Of a stretch of DNA of 64,000 nt, positions 19,178 to 30,005 are shown piece after piece. The DNA is from Nitrosopumilus sp. GTDB taxonomy: Archaea; Thermoproteota; Nitrososphaeria; Nitrososphaerales; Nitrosopumilaceae. The notes below the pieces were generated by a model. It saw nothing but the letters and a program-made list of their open reading frames with translations. It was not told the DNA's origin and made no database searches. Every line of letters begins with the position of its first letter. The first letter of the stretch is position 1. The position numbers and the translations under genes were made by a program. The stretch covers positions 256,001 to 320,000 of the forward strand of contig OZ242041.1 in NCBI GenBank assembly GCA_965205215.1, in the 5' to 3' direction.

Positions 19178-21304
19178 TTGGGTCTGGCGGAGCTAAAGCT
19201 GGGGAGTGTAATCTTGCCAAGAAGCGAGTCCCCGGCCGCCATATCGAGGCTGGCGGAGTTTGAGTGGTTCCACAAGATCGACGGCGAACACGACATAGTC
19301 ACGCCGGAGATAGACGACCTGCTGCTGGAGGCCCAAAAGACCTACCAGTCGGTGGACGACGTGGTAAAGGGGCTCGGGATACCGCCCACAGTCGGCATGC
19401 TGGAGATACTGTTCAAGGGCACCATGATCAAGAAAAAGGACTACGAGCTTGACGAGGTAGCCGAGATGGTGGGCCACCTCGCCAAGGAGGCGCCCGGCGC
19501 GATATCCGACGCGGCGCGGCTGTTGGAGGAGCGCGCGGACACAAAGCGCGCGCTAGACGAGTACACCTCGCTGAGGGACACCATAGGGATCGCAAAGAGA
19601 CTTGAGATCGACCTGTCCGGATTCGGACTCATGCGGTACTTTTACGCAAACCTGTTCGTGATTGACGCGGCGGACTATGACGAGATTGCAAGGTCGCTTG
19701 AGGGCGCGGCGCCGTCTGTTACGTCGTACAGGTATGACCTGTCATCGTCAAAAAAGAAGGGCGGAAGGTCCGCCGTGCTGGTAATAGGGGGGGCGGCCGA
19801 CTCTGAGAAGATACTAAAGATATTCAGGAGCTTTAATGCAAACCCGTTTGCCATCCCGGAGGGGATGCCGCAGGTGCCCTCAAAGGCCCACGCCCTGGCA
19901 GAGTCAAAGATCAAGGAGCTGGCCGCCAAGCAAAAGACAAACGCAAAGGAGGTCGCGCAGATGGCAAAGAGGACGAGGCGCGACATGCTTGCCCTGCACG
20001 AGGAGGCGAGGGTGGCAAAGGAGATGCTGGAGACGCTCAGAAAGCCGTCCGGCACAAAGCACTTTGCGCTGATCCAGGGGTACATACCCGCAAAGATGGA
20101 GGCCAAGTTCCAAAAGATAGCGGGCAGGTGGACTGCCATAGTAGAGGAGCTCACCGATCCCAAGCTGATAGAGCAGGCCCCCACCCTGTACGACAACAAG
20201 CGGTTCATACGGACGTTTGAGACCATAACCAACAGCCAGGGGATTCCAAAGAAGGGCGAGGCGGATCCCACGCCTATGATTGCGCTGATGTGGCCCATCT
20301 TCTATGGCATAATGTTCGCCGACCTGGGGCACGGGCTGCTCCTCATGGGGATGGGGCTGCTCTTCAAGGCAAAGGGCCAGGGCAACCTCTCAAGGTGGGG
20401 CATGCTGCTTGCAATATCCGGGGCCGCGTCGGCGATCGCCGGCGTGGGCACGGGGGAGGTGTTCGGGCACCACATAGCCGCCATGGGCCCGTTTACAGGA
20501 CTGCTGGCCGAGGGCGGCGCCCTGTACCCGATCAGCTGGATCGTGGGAGTGATATCGGTCGCGGAGCTGACGTTTGAGCAGGTGATCGACATACTAAAGG
20601 TGTCACTGTTCATAGGGATAGTGCACCTGCTGTGGGCGATGATCCTGCGCATAAAGCGCCTGGCCAGGGAGGGCAAGAAGATCGCCCTGTACATGGAGGC
20701 GCTCCCGAACATCACGCTGTACGGCGGGATCGTCGTGATAATGATGTGCGCGATAGGCTCCCAGTACGACGTGATGAACATGTACTCCAGGACGCACACG
20801 GAGACGGTCCCGTGGGTTACCGTGTTCCTGGGCGAGTGGGCGCAGGTCTGGATAGTGACGAGGATCGCCGTGGTAACGGTAATTGCGTCGATGGCCATGA
20901 TGATGATAGGCGGGCTGATGCACGCAAAGAGGCACCCGGAGGAGGGCGGCTCGGCGGCCAACGTGATAATGGAGGTATTCCTGGGCAAGACAATAGAGAG
21001 TCTGGCGCACACCATCAGCTACGCCCGGATAGGGATCATGCTGCTGGTGCATGCGGCCCTGCTGCTTACGGTCAACAACTCGTTCTACTCGCTTGGCGGC
21101 CCCGACGCGATAGGCGCGTGGGTCATGATAATAGGCGGCAACATCGGGATCATGATGATCGAGGGGCTCATCGTCTACATACAGTCCCTGAGGCTGCACC
21201 TGTACGAGTTCTTTACAAAGTGGTACGACGGCGGCGGGCACGAGTTCAGGCAGCTGAGGCCGGAGATGATCTACAACCAGTTTGTCTGGAAAAAGTCAAA
21301 CTGA
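19178..21304 (+). CDS. atpI: A-type ATP synthase subunit I (a)
   Basis: FYGIMFADLGHG, HTISYARI, SLRLHLYEFFTKWY. Confidence 0.95.
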   Translation: MGLAELKLGSVILPRSESPAAISRLAEFEWFHKIDGEHDIVTPEIDDLLLEAQKTYQSVDDVVKGLGIPPTVGMLEILFKGTMIKKKDYELDEVAEMVGHLAKEAPGAISDAARLLEERADTKRALDEYTSLRDTIGIAKRLEIDLSGFGLMRYFYANLFVIDAADYDEIARSLEGAAPSVTSYRYDLSSSKKKGGRSAVLVIGGAADSEKILKIFRSFNANPFAIPEGMPQVPSKAHALAESKIKELAAKQKTNAKEVAQMAKRTRRDMLALHEEARVAKEMLETLRKPSGTKHFALIQGYIPAKMEAKFQKIAGRWTAIVEELTDPKLIEQAPTLYDNKRFIRTFETITNSQGIPKKGEADPTPMIALMWPIFYGIMFADLGHGLLLMGMGLLFKAKGQGNLSRWGMLLAISGAASAIAGVGTGEVFGHHIAAMGPFTGLLAEGGALYPISWIVGVISVAELTFEQVIDILKVSLFIGIVHLLWAMILRIKRLAREGKKIALYMEALPNITLYGGIVVIMMCAIGSQYDVMNMYSRTHTETVPWVTVFLGEWAQVWIVTRIAVVTVIASMAMMMIGGLMHAKRHPEEGGSAANVIMEVFLGKTIESLAHTISYARIGIMLLVHAALLLTVNNSFYSLGGPDAIGAWVMIIGGNIGIMMIEGLIVYIQSLRLHLYEFFTKWYDGGGHEFRQLRPEMIYNQFVWKKSN

Positions 21305-21429
21305 TTCCAGAGCCAAGAAAGCAGCCAAGCACAGGCGCGAGTGCGCAGTCACGTATGCACAACATGACACTTCGCGACGGCTTGCAGGTTTACGGGCAAC
21401 GGCGGCGTCGGATAGAGGCGGCAAATTCA

Positions 21430-22215
21430 CTATGCCGCAGAGGGCAGGCCAGGTACGTTGCCCCACTCGCCCCACGAACCTAGGTAGACTCTGACGTTCT
21501 CAAATCCCGCCGTCTTGAGCGCGACAAACGAGTTTGCAGCGCGGTAGGCGCCCTGGCAGTACGTCACAACCTCAGAGTCGCGCGGAATGCCCCCGTACAT
21601 CTCTGCCAGCCGTCTCTTGTCCTTGAGCCGCCCGTCGCCGGCCAGGTTCCTGCTCCAGTTAATGTTTGTCGCGCCCGGTATGTGCCCCGCCCTCGCCGCT
21701 CTGGATACGGTCCCGTCATACTCCTCCGGGGAGCGGGCATCCACCAAGACGAGCCGGTCCAGATTACTTGCAACGTACTCGTATCCGGCCAGTACGGAGG
21801 GATCTGGCCGCGGCTCGAACACCGCAGGCCTCGGTGCGTTGGTTCCCGTCTCGACGGGCCTCGATTCGCCCCGCCACGCGGCGAACCCCCCGTCAAGCAT
21901 GTACGAGTCGCCGTGCGACATGTACCGGAGCATCCAGACGCCGCGCGCGGCGAGCATGCCGGACTGCCCGTCATACACGACGGCGGTTCTGTCCCGTGTC
22001 ACGCCCGCAAACCCGAGCAGCCTGGCAGTCTGCCTGTCGAACTCGGCTATGCCGCGCGCGGAGGTGTCGTTCCAGTGGAAGGCAAACAGATCAAGGTTTA
22101 CCGCCCCGGGTATGTGCCCCTTGGCGTACTCCGAGAAGGGGCGCACATCTATCACGACCAAGTCATCGTTTGAGCCTGCAAGAAGATCACCCAGGCGGCC
22201 GGTGGTAATCAGCAT
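21430..22215 (-). CDS. Tandem-domain rhodanese / thiosulfate sulfurtransferase
   Basis: Two GHIPGA motifs, active-site YCQGAYRA, YLGSWGEW. Confidence 0.92.
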   Translation of the reverse strand: MLITTGRLGDLLAGSNDDLVVIDVRPFSEYAKGHIPGAVNLDLFAFHWNDTSARGIAEFDRQTARLLGFAGVTRDRTAVVYDGQSGMLAARGVWMLRYMSHGDSYMLDGGFAAWRGESRPVETGTNAPRPAVFEPRPDPSVLAGYEYVASNLDRLVLVDARSPEEYDGTVSRAARAGHIPGATNINWSRNLAGDGRLKDKRRLAEMYGGIPRDSEVVTYCQGAYRAANSFVALKTAGFENVRVYLGSWGEWGNVPGLPSAA

Positions 22216-22537
22216 GCCGATTCCATCACCACCACTAGCACCACACACATGCTACCACTGCCGCAGCGTATTAATTGATTTTGCGGCGGTCCTGAGAATT
22301 CCCAACTAGCCAACACCGCGTACTGTTCACCGCTGCATCTTTCACGGGACTCACTCCAACCACGGCACGCCCGGACACTTGACGTGGGGAGGGATCGGCC
22401 GCCATCATATTCAGAGCCGCGCGCGGCGCACAAAGGCCAACTGCTGCAACGCGCTTGGCACGCGACGAGCAATCGCGAGGTGCCCGTGCGCACCCATCAG
22501 GCCAAAAAAGGAATAATAAAAAGAGGAGAGAGGAATT

Positions 22538-24100
22538 CTACTCGCTTGTGTATGCTCTTTCACCGTGCTGCGCAAGATCAAGGCCGATCTCCTCCTCTTT
22601 CGGAGTGACCCTGATTCCACCTGGCCAGACAGCATCCATGATCTTCAGGATGACTATCGTCACGCCAAACGCATACGCGATGGACATTGCAGCGGCGATG
22701 ATGCTGATTCCCTGCTGCTCCATGCCCTCGGCCGTGCCGGTCCATGCTCCGATACCGTCGCCGGTATCCCACACGTGCGGACTTGCCAGTGTTCCGGTCA
22801 AGATGGCGCCCGTAAGACCGCCCATCCCGTGTACTCCCCATACATCGAGTGCGTCGTCCCACTTGCGCGCGTTCTTGAACGCTATGCTTGCGTAGCATAT
22901 GGTGCCTGCAGCAATGCCGATGATGATCGCGGCCATTGGACCTACCCAACCAGAGGCTGGCGTGATAGCTACCAGTCCCGCCACAACGCCGGTTGCCCCG
23001 CCGATGACACTTGGCTTTCCTGTATGCGCCCATGACATGAGCATCCAAGTGACGGCGGCCATGCCTGTTGCGGTATTGGTTACCGTCCATGCGCTGACCG
23101 TAATGCCGTCTACCATCACTTCGCTTCCTGCGTTAAAGCCGAACCAACCGAACCACAGAATTCCGGCGCCCAATACTATGAGCGGGATGTTGTGTGGCTC
23201 CATCGGAACCTTGCCATATCCGAGGCGTCTGCCAAGGACGATGGCTCCTGCCAATGCAGCGAATCCTGAAGAGATGTGCACTACTGTACCGCCGGCAAAG
23301 TCTAGAGCGTACGATGGAGACAGGTCCGGATCGAGGTCTAGCGAGCCTCCGCCGATGTATCCTCCGCCCCAGACCCAATGTGCGATCGGGTCGTATACGA
23401 AGGTACCCCAGAGAAGCACGAATATGACCAGCGCGCTGAACTTGATTCTGTCAATCAGACCACCGATAATCAGAACCGGGGTGATGACTGCAAAGGTCGC
23501 CTGGAACATTGCAAAGAGCTGGTGTGGCACTGTGCCAGGCCAACTCAGGCTGCAATACTCGCCTTCCTTGAACTCGTTCATCTGGTAGGCAGCCGACCAT
23601 GTATCATGGCAGGGCCCAAGCTCGCCTAACGGCGCCCAGGCCGAGACCATGTTGAATCCTGCATAGTCGAGGTTGCCCATGAACAGGTTTGCGTCCGAAT
23701 CAATTCCGCCGAATGCCAGCGAGTATCCCCAGAGGACCCACTGTACGGACATCAGACCCATAACCATGAGGGTCATGCCCAGTACGTTGACGATGTTCTT
23801 TGATCTGGCGAGACCGCCATAAAAGAACGCTACGCCGGGGGACATGAAGAGTACCATCGAGGTTGCAGTCAGCATCCATGCCATGTCACCTGTGTCTACC
23901 ATGCATGGCAGCATGCCTCCTTCGCCGTCGTCGTACCAACATTCGTTAGGGTTTCCAGTATAGATGCCACTGGTTCCCATCACGTATCCGTCCATACCAT
24001 CGTTGACACTCTGCGCATATGCTTGTGACATTGCGCCTGTTGCCGTAATGGCTACTGCGGCCACAAGTAATAGAGCATACTTGTGGTTCTTAGAATTCAT
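22538..24100 (-). CDS. amt: Ammonium transporter Amt
   Basis: FFYGGL, DFAGGTVVH, WFGWFGFNAGS, DDALDVWGVHG (twin His retained). Confidence 0.97.
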   Translation of the reverse strand: MNSKNHKYALLLVAAVAITATGAMSQAYAQSVNDGMDGYVMGTSGIYTGNPNECWYDDGEGGMLPCMVDTGDMAWMLTATSMVLFMSPGVAFFYGGLARSKNIVNVLGMTLMVMGLMSVQWVLWGYSLAFGGIDSDANLFMGNLDYAGFNMVSAWAPLGELGPCHDTWSAAYQMNEFKEGEYCSLSWPGTVPHQLFAMFQATFAVITPVLIIGGLIDRIKFSALVIFVLLWGTFVYDPIAHWVWGGGYIGGGSLDLDPDLSPSYALDFAGGTVVHISSGFAALAGAIVLGRRLGYGKVPMEPHNIPLIVLGAGILWFGWFGFNAGSEVMVDGITVSAWTVTNTATGMAAVTWMLMSWAHTGKPSVIGGATGVVAGLVAITPASGWVGPMAAIIIGIAAGTICYASIAFKNARKWDDALDVWGVHGMGGLTGAILTGTLASPHVWDTGDGIGAWTGTAEGMEQQGISIIAAAMSIAYAFGVTIVILKIMDAVWPGGIRVTPKEEEIGLDLAQHGERAYTSE

Positions 24101-24226
24101 TAAATCTGCCACAGATTGAAATTATTTAAGAGTTGAATATTATAATATCACCCAGAAAGTAAGTTATTATATCCGAGTATAACAAGATAGTATCATAACA
24201 ATGAAAAAACGTGTCAAGGTGGTGCA

Positions 24227-25003
24227 ATGAAGGACGCCAGGCTGTCCATATTCAGCAGGTTCAAGACAGGCAACAGGCGCCTGACGGGGGAGGCAAGGAG
24301 GCAGAGGGCCATCATAGCAATACTGGCGGTGCAGACCAACCCCACGGGCCGCACGAGGACGGGCATAGCGCGGCAGGTGGCAGAGGTGGAGAACAGCGTG
24401 TGGAAGAACGTCTACTCGGGAATATTCCGGGATCTGGACGAGGTGCTCCTGCCCATGCATGTGGTGGAGGAGGAGGGCAGGATGCCGCTCAAGCGGGGGC
24501 CAAAGGCGCTCCAAGAGATGGGGGTGCCGTACTACAGGCTGACCAGGGAGGGCGTACTGGTCGCCGCGTCGCTGGTACGCGACGCGGAGCAGAAGAGGAG
24601 GATGCTAAAGACGTTCTTTGCAACCGGTCCCGACGAGGACGGGAACACAACAATGCTAAAGAGGCTCTCGGAGGCAAGTCCGCTGTTTGCGTCATATGTG
24701 GTGCGGCTGTACGTTGGCGCGTTCTGCGAAAAGAGGATAGACAGCCTGCTGCCGTTTGAGCTATCCAAGCTGCGGCGCATAGAAGACGACTCGCTGGCAA
24801 TGCACAGGGAGCTCCTGACGGCCTTTGCGAGATTCTCAAAGGGCGACCGCGACGGTACAATAGGACTGCTTGATGAGATGATGGGGGCAGGGACAGGCGC
24901 AGGCGCAGGCGCTGCATCCGACGGGACGGGCGGCGACGCGGCACCACGCGCGAAGAAGGACGGCGCGGAACGCGCAGGCGGGACGGGCGTCGATGACCGG
25001 TGA
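24227..25003 (+). CDS. Conserved hypothetical protein, possible winged-helix regulator divergent from amt
   Basis: TRTGIAR...YSGIFRDL...YYRLTREG gives a wHTH-like pattern. Confidence 0.65.
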   Translation: MKDARLSIFSRFKTGNRRLTGEARRQRAIIAILAVQTNPTGRTRTGIARQVAEVENSVWKNVYSGIFRDLDEVLLPMHVVEEEGRMPLKRGPKALQEMGVPYYRLTREGVLVAASLVRDAEQKRRMLKTFFATGPDEDGNTTMLKRLSEASPLFASYVVRLYVGAFCEKRIDSLLPFELSKLRRIEDDSLAMHRELLTAFARFSKGDRDGTIGLLDEMMGAGTGAGAGAASDGTGGDAAPRAKKDGAERAGGTGVDDR

Positions 25004-25071
25004 AAAAGACGGCCCGCGAAAGGCAACCGCTTACAAACATTAAAATCCATTGCAGAGTCGCCGCACGCTAA

Positions 25072-26109
25072 ATGGGCAAGAGCGTATACGCGTCGGTAAA
25101 GGCGTACAGCAAAAAGGGAAAGCTCTTGGCGCGTTCTGATTTTCAGACGCTGGCAGAGTCAAGGGACCTGGACGAGCTGATGACCAGGATAAAGAACACC
25201 ACGTACGCGGACGCCGTATCAGAGGTGCAGAAGCCGTACACCTCGCAGGGGATCGAGTCGGCCCTGAGGGGCCACCTGGCCGAGGTGCACCACTCCATCG
25301 CGCGGACGGCAGGGGGAAACTCGCGCCTGCTTGACGCATACTATATGAAGTTCATCATAACCAACCTGAAGATCATACTAAAGGGCAAGGTGCTCGGAAA
25401 GAGCCAGGAGGAGCTGGAGAGGCACCTCAACCTGCGCGCGGAGGAGCTGATAAAGCAGCGCGACGTGGTGGTAAAGGCGCTCGTTGCAAAGGACCTGGAG
25501 GAGGCAGTCGCGAGCCTCGGGTCGGCGCAGTTCGGCGAGGACATAGCAAAGGCGGCGGCCGCGTACAACGACAAGAAGAACATCCAGATGTTTGACACGT
25601 ACTTTGACAAGATTCTGTACAGGCAGCTGGGCAGCGCCATTCAGGGCACCAGGGAGCTTGACGCGACCAGGCTCATCGGGATGGACGTGGACTTTTACAA
25701 CCTGCTCAGCGTGGCAAGGGGCAAGCTCTGGGGGCTTGACGACGCGCAGATAGAGGATCTGATAGTGTCAAGCACGCCGCTGATCTCAAGGGAGCTGCTG
25801 GGCAGGATGATCTCGGCCGGGACCGTATCCGACGCGTTTGCGGAGCTGTCCGCGACGAGATACAAGGTGCTGGTGCCCGACTCGGACAACGACCTTGACG
25901 CGGTGGCCCAGTTCGAGAGGGCCTTTGAGATGGCCATATACGCCGCGTCCGCAAGGGCGTTCACCAGGATGTTCAGCTTTGCAACCGTAATAGGGATAAC
26001 AAAGCTCATGTCCTACGAGGTGCGCAACATGGCGGCAATCGCGTACGCGGTGGAGCAGGGAATACCGGCAGAAACCACAATGTCAAAGCTCATCCTGCAC
26101 GGGGAGTGA
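25072..26109 (+). CDS. atpC: A-type ATP synthase subunit C
   Basis: NLKIILKGK, VDFYNLLSVARGK and EVRNMAAI match the AC39/subunit C pattern. Confidence 0.88.
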   Translation: MGKSVYASVKAYSKKGKLLARSDFQTLAESRDLDELMTRIKNTTYADAVSEVQKPYTSQGIESALRGHLAEVHHSIARTAGGNSRLLDAYYMKFIITNLKIILKGKVLGKSQEELERHLNLRAEELIKQRDVVVKALVAKDLEEAVASLGSAQFGEDIAKAAAAYNDKKNIQMFDTYFDKILYRQLGSAIQGTRELDATRLIGMDVDFYNLLSVARGKLWGLDDAQIEDLIVSSTPLISRELLGRMISAGTVSDAFAELSATRYKVLVPDSDNDLDAVAQFERAFEMAIYAASARAFTRMFSFATVIGITKLMSYEVRNMAAIAYAVEQGIPAETTMSKLILHGE

Positions 26110-26213
26110 GCTGCGGACGGAGGGGGGAGCCGCGCGGACCGCGGCGCGGCGATGGTTCTAGGAGTTTGCACTAGCCTAGAATATTTATTAAAAGATGCGG
26201 ATACATCTGTCCC

Positions 26214-26708
26214 ATGCAGGACGGGGACAACGGGAACGGCAAGGAGGAGCGCCTCTTCGTGGGGACGGCCGAGGCCGAGCACGTCGAGATGTACCTCAAG
26301 GCGATCTGGCACATAAAGGAGCGCGGCGGGGAGGTGAAGATCACGTCAATTGCAGACATGCTGCACGTAAAGCAGCCCAGCGTGGTGCAGATGCTCAAAA
26401 AGCTCAACGCCAAAAAGCTGGTGAACTACAACAAGGCCGGGGTGAGGCTGACAGACGAGGGCGAGAGGATAGGGGCGAGCATGATGAGAAACAGCAGGCT
26501 GCTCGAGGTCCTGATGCAGAACGCCCTCAAGGTCGAGATAAACGAGGAGATGGTGTGCGGGATAGAGCACCACATGAACAAGCAGTTTACCGACGCGCTG
26601 TGCACCATGCTAAACCACCCCAGGCTGTGCCCTCACGACTACGTCATACCGCCGGGCGAGTGCTGCCTGTCCAAGAATGAGGACGAAGGGGACGGAAAGG
26701 CCGACTGA
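26214..26708 (+). CDS. DtxR/MntR-family metal-dependent regulator
   Basis: EMYLKAIW, PSVVQMLKKL, RLLE, CGIEHH, CPHDYVIP. Confidence 0.92.
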   Translation: MQDGDNGNGKEERLFVGTAEAEHVEMYLKAIWHIKERGGEVKITSIADMLHVKQPSVVQMLKKLNAKKLVNYNKAGVRLTDEGERIGASMMRNSRLLEVLMQNALKVEINEEMVCGIEHHMNKQFTDALCTMLNHPRLCPHDYVIPPGECCLSKNEDEGDGKAD

Positions 26709-26894
26709 CGCCTGGCCGGCTGCCGTGCCGCAGCCGCGCTGCGGCCTGCAAGAGCATGCATGCTTCTCATTGGGGGAGGGGGCGCAGATCCCAGAGCCGC
26801 GGCGTTTGCAGGTTGCGCCACCGCCACCGTCGTTGCCGCCGCCACCGCCACACCATAAAACAAGAGATATAACGATACAGAGGGGCGCCCGTTT

Positions 26895-27059
26895 ATGGCG
26901 TGCTTTTGCGGCTGCGAGACGTACGAGAAGAGCGAGGACGGGTTCAAGATTGCGTGCACGAAGTGCGGGCACGGGCCGCAGAACCACGACGACGAGTTTA
27001 GGGCCTCTGCAAGAAAGAACGAGTCCCAGAGCCAAAAGCGCGACGCGGACTTTGGGTGA
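26895..27059 (+). CDS. 54-aa Cys/His zinc-finger microprotein (not in ORF track)
   Basis: MACFCGCETYEKSEDGFKIACTKCGHGPQNHDDEFRASARKNESQSQKRDADFG*; AT-richer upstream region. Confidence 0.7.
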   Translation: MACFCGCETYEKSEDGFKIACTKCGHGPQNHDDEFRASARKNESQSQKRDADFG

Positions 27060-27506
27060 CTACTGCCCGATTATCTTGACGAGCACGCGCTTTTTGCGCC
27101 TCCCGTCAAACTCCCCGTAAAAGATCTGCTCCCACGGCCCAAAGTCCAGCTTGTTTCCGGTGATCGCCACCACCACCTCCCGTCCCATAACCTGGCGCTT
27201 CATGTGCGCGTCGGCATTGTCCTCCCCCGTCCCGGAGTTGTGCGCGTACCGCTCCACGGGCCCGTGCGGGGCCAGCCCCTCGAGCCACTTCTCATAGTCG
27301 CCCAGCAGCCCGTCCTCGTTGTCGTTTATGTAGACGCTGGCGGTGATGTGCATCGCGTTGACAAGGCAGAGCCCCTCCTGCACCCCGCTCTTTGCGACCA
27401 GCGACTCGACCTGCGGCGTGATGTTTACAAACGCCACGCGCGTCGGGGTCTCAAAGGTGAGGTGCTCTGTAAGGGACTTCACGGCCGCGCGGCGCGGCGC
27501 TCCCAT
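27060..27506 (-). CDS. yjbQ: YjbQ family (UPF0047) protein
   Basis: [29 protein letters not shown]. Confidence 0.92.
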   Translation of the reverse strand: MGAPRRAAVKSLTEHLTFETPTRVAFVNITPQVESLVAKSGVQEGLCLVNAMHITASVYINDNEDGLLGDYEKWLEGLAPHGPVERYAHNSGTGEDNADAHMKRQVMGREVVVAITGNKLDFGPWEQIFYGEFDGRRKKRVLVKIIGQ

Positions 27507-27786
27507 TAAAAGTATGGCAGGACTCCGAACTCAAGATCGTCATCATCCTTCCGCGGCCGTCGGCCGGGAATCAGAGGGATAGATTCGTCACTGCCTGCAC
27601 TGTGCCTGCCGCGCGCGAACTGATTAACCTTTCAATGCGGAGAGGGGGGGAAGAAGCGCGCCGGGGCCCGCCGCCGCGGGTGCGGACCGCTCGGCATGCG
27701 GCACCGTGCGGGCCAGGCTGCGGGGAGCGGGGCCGGAGTGTCCCTGAAAAAAGCTTGATAAAAGGGCCAGCTTCCAGTCCTGCAAA

Positions 27787-28227
27787 TTGGTTCGGATAGA
27801 GACGCCGGCGTCGCTTGAGAGTTTCAGAAAATTCGTCATATTCAGCACGTGCAGGTCGTACGCGCCGAGAAGCTATCTGGACGATCACGAGATATTTGCC
27901 GAGCGCGGCGAGTCAAGCGGCGAGATATACGTGGAGGCGGCGGACAAGGTCACGCTAAAAAAACTCAGGGACGTAACGTTCGTGAACGCGAGGGACGTGC
28001 TGGGCATCATATACAAGTCAAAGAGCGGAAACACCGACCTCAAGTGGCGCCAGCTTAGGCGGTTCAACGGCAAGGTCACCGGGGAGGCGTCATCAAACTC
28101 CCTGGCCAACCTCTCGGAGTCCGGCGTGATAACCATGGACTGGCTGAAAGACTACCTCAGGGAGAAGACGGGTGACGGCGGCGATGCGGCGGCGGCGGCA
28201 GCCTCAGGCCCGGCCGATACACCATAG
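27787..28227 (+). CDS. Conserved hypothetical protein
   Basis: Typical codon usage, TATA-like box upstream, globular sequence; no family recognised. Confidence 0.65.
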   Translation: MVRIETPASLESFRKFVIFSTCRSYAPRSYLDDHEIFAERGESSGEIYVEAADKVTLKKLRDVTFVNARDVLGIIYKSKSGNTDLKWRQLRRFNGKVTGEASSNSLANLSESGVITMDWLKDYLREKTGDGGDAAAAAASGPADTP

Positions 28228-28317
28228 CAAGGCGATGCTGCAGGCGTCCATGCATAGCATGCTGCCGACGCAATACCGTTATTATCAGACACGGGCATTG
28301 TCAGCAGGGACGCAAGC

Positions 28318-29445
28318 ATGATAGTCAAGAGAAAGGACGAGTCTGCACTTTCCGCAATCGCGGAGGACGCCGACGACCTGCTTGCGCTGCGCCGCGTGAT
28401 CAAGCGCGGCGACATGATAACGGGCTCCACGACCCGGGTGCTAAAGCGCGACAGGGATTACTCGCGGCCCGACCGCGGCGAGCGCGTCAGGATCACGGTC
28501 ACGATTATGGCAGAAAAGATCTCGCTTGACGGCACGATCGAGAGGCTGAGGGTAGGCGGAACCGTGCACGAGTCAAACAACGACTCTGTCCCGCACGGGA
28601 CGCACCACTCCATGACGGTAGCGGCCGGCGACGCCATCACCATCTCAAAGAGAGTCCAGAGGGCTGGAGGCGGGAAGGGCGGATGGACTAGGACGGAACA
28701 CAGGATACTCAAGAGCGGCGGTGGCGGGAAGGGCGGCAACTCGGCATTCATCCTAGTCGCAATGGACACCGCCGACTGCGGGGTGGCGCTCCTAAGGGGC
28801 ACGCACCTTGACGTCTCGCCCAACATGTACTCCGGCAGGGGCGGCAAGCGCTACAAGACGAGCCACAACATGGAGGACTTTTTCGGCCAGGTTGCGTCGG
28901 CCATAGACGCCGTTGCAAAGGAGGCGGCGCGCGGAGGCGGAGGGCAGGAATCCAGAACCGTGATACTGTTCGGCCCCGGAAACACGAAGAAGAGGTTTGC
29001 AAACTACATCGGCGGCGGGCAGCCAAGGGGTGGGCGCCCCGCATACGAGATTATAATGGTGGAGGGGATAGACTCCGGAGGCGAGGACGGAATACACGTA
29101 TTTGCAAAGTCGGAGGCTATGCGCGAGGCCATCTCAAGCAGCAAGCTGGCGCTCGTCTCGGGCATACTTGACAGGATAATCGGGCACGCGCACAAGAAGG
29201 TTCCAAGGTATGCAATGGGGTACGAGGAGACCCTTGCCGCGGCCAGGATGGGCGCAGTAGACTCGCTGATATTTGCCGACGGAGCCCTGCAGCAGTACGG
29301 TGACGAGCAGAAGGTGGTGGACCTTCTCAACATGGCCGAGGAGTCCGGGGCCGACGTGTACGGAGTGGACTCGTCGACGGACATAGGGCTGCGCGCGGCG
29401 GGGCTGGGCGGCATAGTGGCGCTGCTAAGATACGCGGTGGAATAA
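28318..29445 (+). CDS. pelA: Pelota / aDom34 mRNA surveillance factor
   Basis: DDLLALRRVIKRGD, RLRVGG, GTHHS, GLGGIVALLRY. Confidence 0.92.
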   Translation: MIVKRKDESALSAIAEDADDLLALRRVIKRGDMITGSTTRVLKRDRDYSRPDRGERVRITVTIMAEKISLDGTIERLRVGGTVHESNNDSVPHGTHHSMTVAAGDAITISKRVQRAGGGKGGWTRTEHRILKSGGGGKGGNSAFILVAMDTADCGVALLRGTHLDVSPNMYSGRGGKRYKTSHNMEDFFGQVASAIDAVAKEAARGGGGQESRTVILFGPGNTKKRFANYIGGGQPRGGRPAYEIIMVEGIDSGGEDGIHVFAKSEAMREAISSSKLALVSGILDRIIGHAHKKVPRYAMGYEETLAAARMGAVDSLIFADGALQQYGDEQKVVDLLNMAEESGADVYGVDSSTDIGLRAAGLGGIVALLRYAVE

Positions 29446-29527
29446 CGGCGGCGTCTCCCTTTCCCCTTTTCTCCCATCACCTACGGCATCGCACGGTGCG
29501 GACGCAAGTCTCAGAAACCGATTGCCG

Positions 29528-29959
29528 TCACGGGCCGTTGTCTCGGCCGCCACCAGGGGCGGTGGCGGCAGCGGCAGGAGAACTGGTCGAGGCGGCAAGC
29601 CAGCGCATGTACGGCCCGTTGATGTCAGACACGGCGATCTCCGCAACCTCCGGAACGTCGTACGGGTGCGTCGCGCCTATCCTCTCCTTTAGCTCCTCCT
29701 TTCTGTCCGACGTGGTCTTGAATATGGCGATGTGTTCGCGCTCGTCCTCTACCATCTTGCCCTCCCACGAATAGAACGAGGATATCTCAGATATGTTCAC
29801 GCAGGCCGCAAGTCCGGCCCCCACAAGAGCTGCCGCGGCGCCGGATGCAGCCGCCTTGTCCGGATATGTCGAGACTATTATCGCGGGTTCGGTTGCCGGT
29901 GTCGGTGGCGGTGCCGCTTCTGCTCCTGCTACCATGCCAGTCGCTTGCACGCCATGCAT
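29528..29959 (-). CDS. cutA: Divalent cation tolerance protein CutA
   Basis: LAACVN, SFYSWEG, HPYDVPEV; start uncertain. Confidence 0.9.
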   Translation of the reverse strand: MHGVQATGMVAGAEAAPPPTPATEPAIIVSTYPDKAAASGAAAALVGAGLAACVNISEISSFYSWEGKMVEDEREHIAIFKTTSDRKEELKERIGATHPYDVPEVAEIAVSDINGPYMRWLAASTSSPAAAATAPGGGRDNGP

Positions 29960-30005
29960 TATAAACAAAAGCTTAAAATCCCGTCCTCCAGCCGACACGA
30001 TCACA

